DNA of 64,000 nucleotides, taken from positions 1 to 64,000 of the forward strand of contig CDMY01000259.1 of the NCBI GenBank assembly GCA_001179505.1, written 5' to 3'. This DNA is from Vitrella brassicaformis CCMP3155 (lineage: Eukaryota > Protista > Chromerida). How positions within the stretch are numbered: the first letter of the stretch is position 1; each line of letters opens with the position of its first letter. The notes below the pieces were generated by a model. The model worked only from the letters and a program-made list of their open reading frames with translations. It did not search any database and was not told the origin of the DNA. The position numbers were made by a program, and so were the translations under genes. This document shows, piece after piece, positions 61,401-64,000 of the stretch.

Positions 61401-64000
61401 GCCCAACAGGGAGACGTCATCGCGATGGCGCGCGGCGGGCTGCCCATGATGGGCGTGTGTGTGTCGGCGGATGACCGGCCCGTCATGAGGCAGCTGTACT
61501 ACCTCTACGGTCTGCTGCAGGAGCGGTACATGCAGCGGGGGGCGCTGGACCTGCTCAGCATCAACAAGCAGGTGGACGCCAAGCTCATGAAGGGCCTAGA
61601 GCAGGTGGCACGGCAGGAGTACAAGGCCGCCAAGGCCACAATGAGGGAGCTGGACGCGTCGGGGTCACTGGCCGATTGGGAGAGGGGGCTGTGGGAGGAG
61701 GGCAAGGTGCAGGCCCTCACCGGGCTGAGGGAGTGGGGCAACATCGCCACACAACAGCGATTAGAAGCGGGTCTGAGCTTCGAGAATGTCGGCGACATTT
61801 CCCTGCTGTCGGACACAGAGACGGCCGATCTCGCCCTCCGCCTCAGCAACGCGGCCCCCGTCCTGCGGGCCGTCGTGCAGATCACCGTCGAAGAGCCCAA
61901 GTACGCCGACAACGAGTTTTTTGCCGTCACACTGCGGAAGCTCATCGAGTAAGCAAAGGCTGAGGGGTGTCGGGATGGGGCGAGATGAATATTGTCCTGT
62001 GGTATCCCTCCCTGTTTATTTGCTACAGGCAGATGACGGGCTCCTCGTCTGGTGCCACGATGAAGCTGTCGGGTGCGGCTCCGTGTGACATGTTCCACCT
62101 GCTGGCTGCTCACGCCACGCTTCAGGCCGACTACGACAAGGCGCAGCAGGTGCTGCTGCACGGCTACACGACCGTCCAGCAGCTGTGGACACGCCTCTCG
62201 CCGCTCGCACTCCCCGCCCACCACTCGCTGGTCAGCAGCATCGCCCTCCTGCGTGAGCTGGAGCACTTTCTCCACTTCATGACGGGCAAGAGCGTCCCCG
62301 GCACCAAGGTCGTCAAGGTGGACCACCCTGGGCAGGTCGACAGAGGGGTGCAGTGCCTCGAGTGGCTGGAGCAGCGGTGTGACGCCACCAGCCTCTCCTT
62401 CACCTTCGACCCCTTCGTCGCATGGGCCGATATGGGCATGCTCCGCTGCTTGGGGGTGCAATACCACAATGGCGTCGTCACTGGCAAGGGGCTGCCGGAG
62501 GGGCAGAGGGTGGTGGACCTCGACGAGCGGCAGAAAAAGATGACGGCCCGCATCCACTTTAGTGTGGGGTCGGCCGCTCGCAAGCTGGGCAACCTGGAGG
62601 GCGCGAAGGCGCTGATGGCCAAATCGTTAAGCATTCACAAGGACAATAGCAACCCGCTGATGCCCAAGGAGACCATCAAGACCTTGCTCAAGGAGGCAGA
62701 CCTCCAGGAGGACCTCGCCAAAGTGGCACAGGTGAGTGAGTGATGGGAGACTGACCAGCAAGACGCGCAAGCCGCCTGCTCGTCTGTCTCCCCTGCCATG
62801 CATTATGTGTGTGTGCGCTGTGCCCTGTGTTGTTTGTCATCAGTGCCTGACGAAGGTCGCGGGCGGTATCGCCAACAATGACCCCACCACACACCCCGAG
62901 CTCCACACGGCTTTCCGCCTTATCAAGCTGCGCTGCCTGCTCACCCAGAACTCCATCAACATCCGACGGGATTCGATGCCCGAGGACCCCCGACCCCTCT
63001 GGCAAGACCTCGTGGACACGGCCAAATTCCAGCTAATCAGGACAGACGGCGGCCACACCGACACACAGGCCATGATCGACCTCCAGGATGCTGCCAGCCC
63101 AGGTCAGTCCGGTACGAAGCTCCACGGCGCCGCGAGCTGTGCCAAGGCCCTGCTGCAGCTGGCGGACGGAGCGGATCAGCTGCTGCGGCACTATGAAGAG
63201 AGGGAGGTGGTCGAGGGGCCATGGACGGCCGACGCCCGGAAGGCACAGACCTTCTGTGTCCTCAAGCTGCTGCACGGCGGGGAGGGGGTCGGCTCCCGCA
63301 GATTCGAGCGGGCACATGCGCAGCTGCCCCGTCTGCTGGAGATGCTCGCGACGCATGGCAGCGATGTGTCGGACATATGGGCGCATTTCCGTCCCTTGCT
63401 GCCGGTGCATCTCTATCTGGGTTGGCTCAACCAGCTGCTGAGCTGGGTGCCTCGGCTCGAGCGTGTGGGGCAGGGTGAGGCCTGGCGGGAGGTCTTGAGC
63501 AAAATCGCTGAGGCCTACCCGCAGGCACTCTTCTACCCGCTGCAGGTGCGCAGCGCAATACCTACAACAGACAGAGACGACAGAGAAATGCTCACACGTT
63601 CCGTTCCCGGCTGATGTGTGGGTGCAGGTGAGTGCCGAGGCGGCCCCCAAGAGCTCTCTGCTGCAGGAGCTTCTCGCCATGATGAGGCGGCAGCGTCCCC
63701 TCCTCGTGTCCTTCTCACAAGCCATCGAGTGCCTCATGGTGCCCGAACTGCGCGCAGTCGGACTCTTCCTGAATGATATTCTCACACACCTCGCCCTAAT
63801 GACCAAGGCCAAGTCGGGAGATGCCAGGGACAAGGTCAGCCCGGCACACGACAGCCCGACGGCCCATCCTGGTCACACAAGCAGTATTTCTGCCATGTCA
63901 TGGGTTCAGGCAGGTGACGAGGCCCGGAGGAAGGAGCTGTGGGAGGGTTTTGTCAAGTCGTGCGCGATGCCGCAGCAGCACTTCGACCAGATCGCGGGCC
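46416..64000 (+). CDS. PRKDC: DNA-dependent protein kinase catalytic subunit, 5' ~17.5 kb; kinase and FATC domains lie beyond the window
   Basis: Colinear DNA-PKcs motifs: VRFLGDLGG, ASDRQLRASATELVHAL, IFPCILRLGCSAD, LRRLGARCYGEMVKY, HPDPFRRLGAL, FDYPLD, LRKYREGELPDVQIRKRDLIEPL (human [20 protein letters not shown]), and the FAT region with IAEAYPQALFYPLQVS (human YPQAIVYPF). Many in-frame GT-AG introns. Confidence 0.95.

Noticed and set aside
58598-62557. Long minus-strand ORFs (58598-59680, 61505-62557 and similar)
   Set aside because: These are antisense shadows of GC3-rich DNA-PKcs exons with no independent motifs.

Overview
GC-rich, intron-dense eukaryotic DNA with short GT-AG introns full of (TG)n/(CTGT)n microsatellites. 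Its style and gene families suggest a chromerid alveolate such as Vitrella (inference, not searched). From ~16 kb to the end it is a compact run of ordinary genes, several in head-to-head pairs: GABA transaminase, a tail-anchored protein, an EF-hand membrane protein, a TLDc-like protein, an intronless orphan, Ap4A hydrolase (NUDT2-like), an EAF1-like HSA+SANT protein, an F-box-like lineage-family protein, a TRAM/RlmD-type RNA methyltransferase, IFT20, an acidic orphan, CCDC47, and a >17.5 kb DNA-PKcs gene that runs off the right end. The first 15 kb is a rearranged accessory region. It holds a non-LTR reverse-transcriptase fragment and a tandem family of proteins with a partial J-domain and a novel W/Y-rich C-terminal domain, decaying into repeat modules. 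It also holds a ~7.6 kb mosaic between direct repeats, built from an inverted copy of DNA-PKcs exon 1, a frameshifted DENN pseudogene and a splice-intact copy of DNA-PKcs exons 2-10. Other points of interest are two long intergenic hairpins, a candidate poison alternative 5' splice site, two candidate GC-AG introns, telo-box-like promoter motifs and a repeated spliced small ORF. All assignments were made by eye from motifs; no searches were run.
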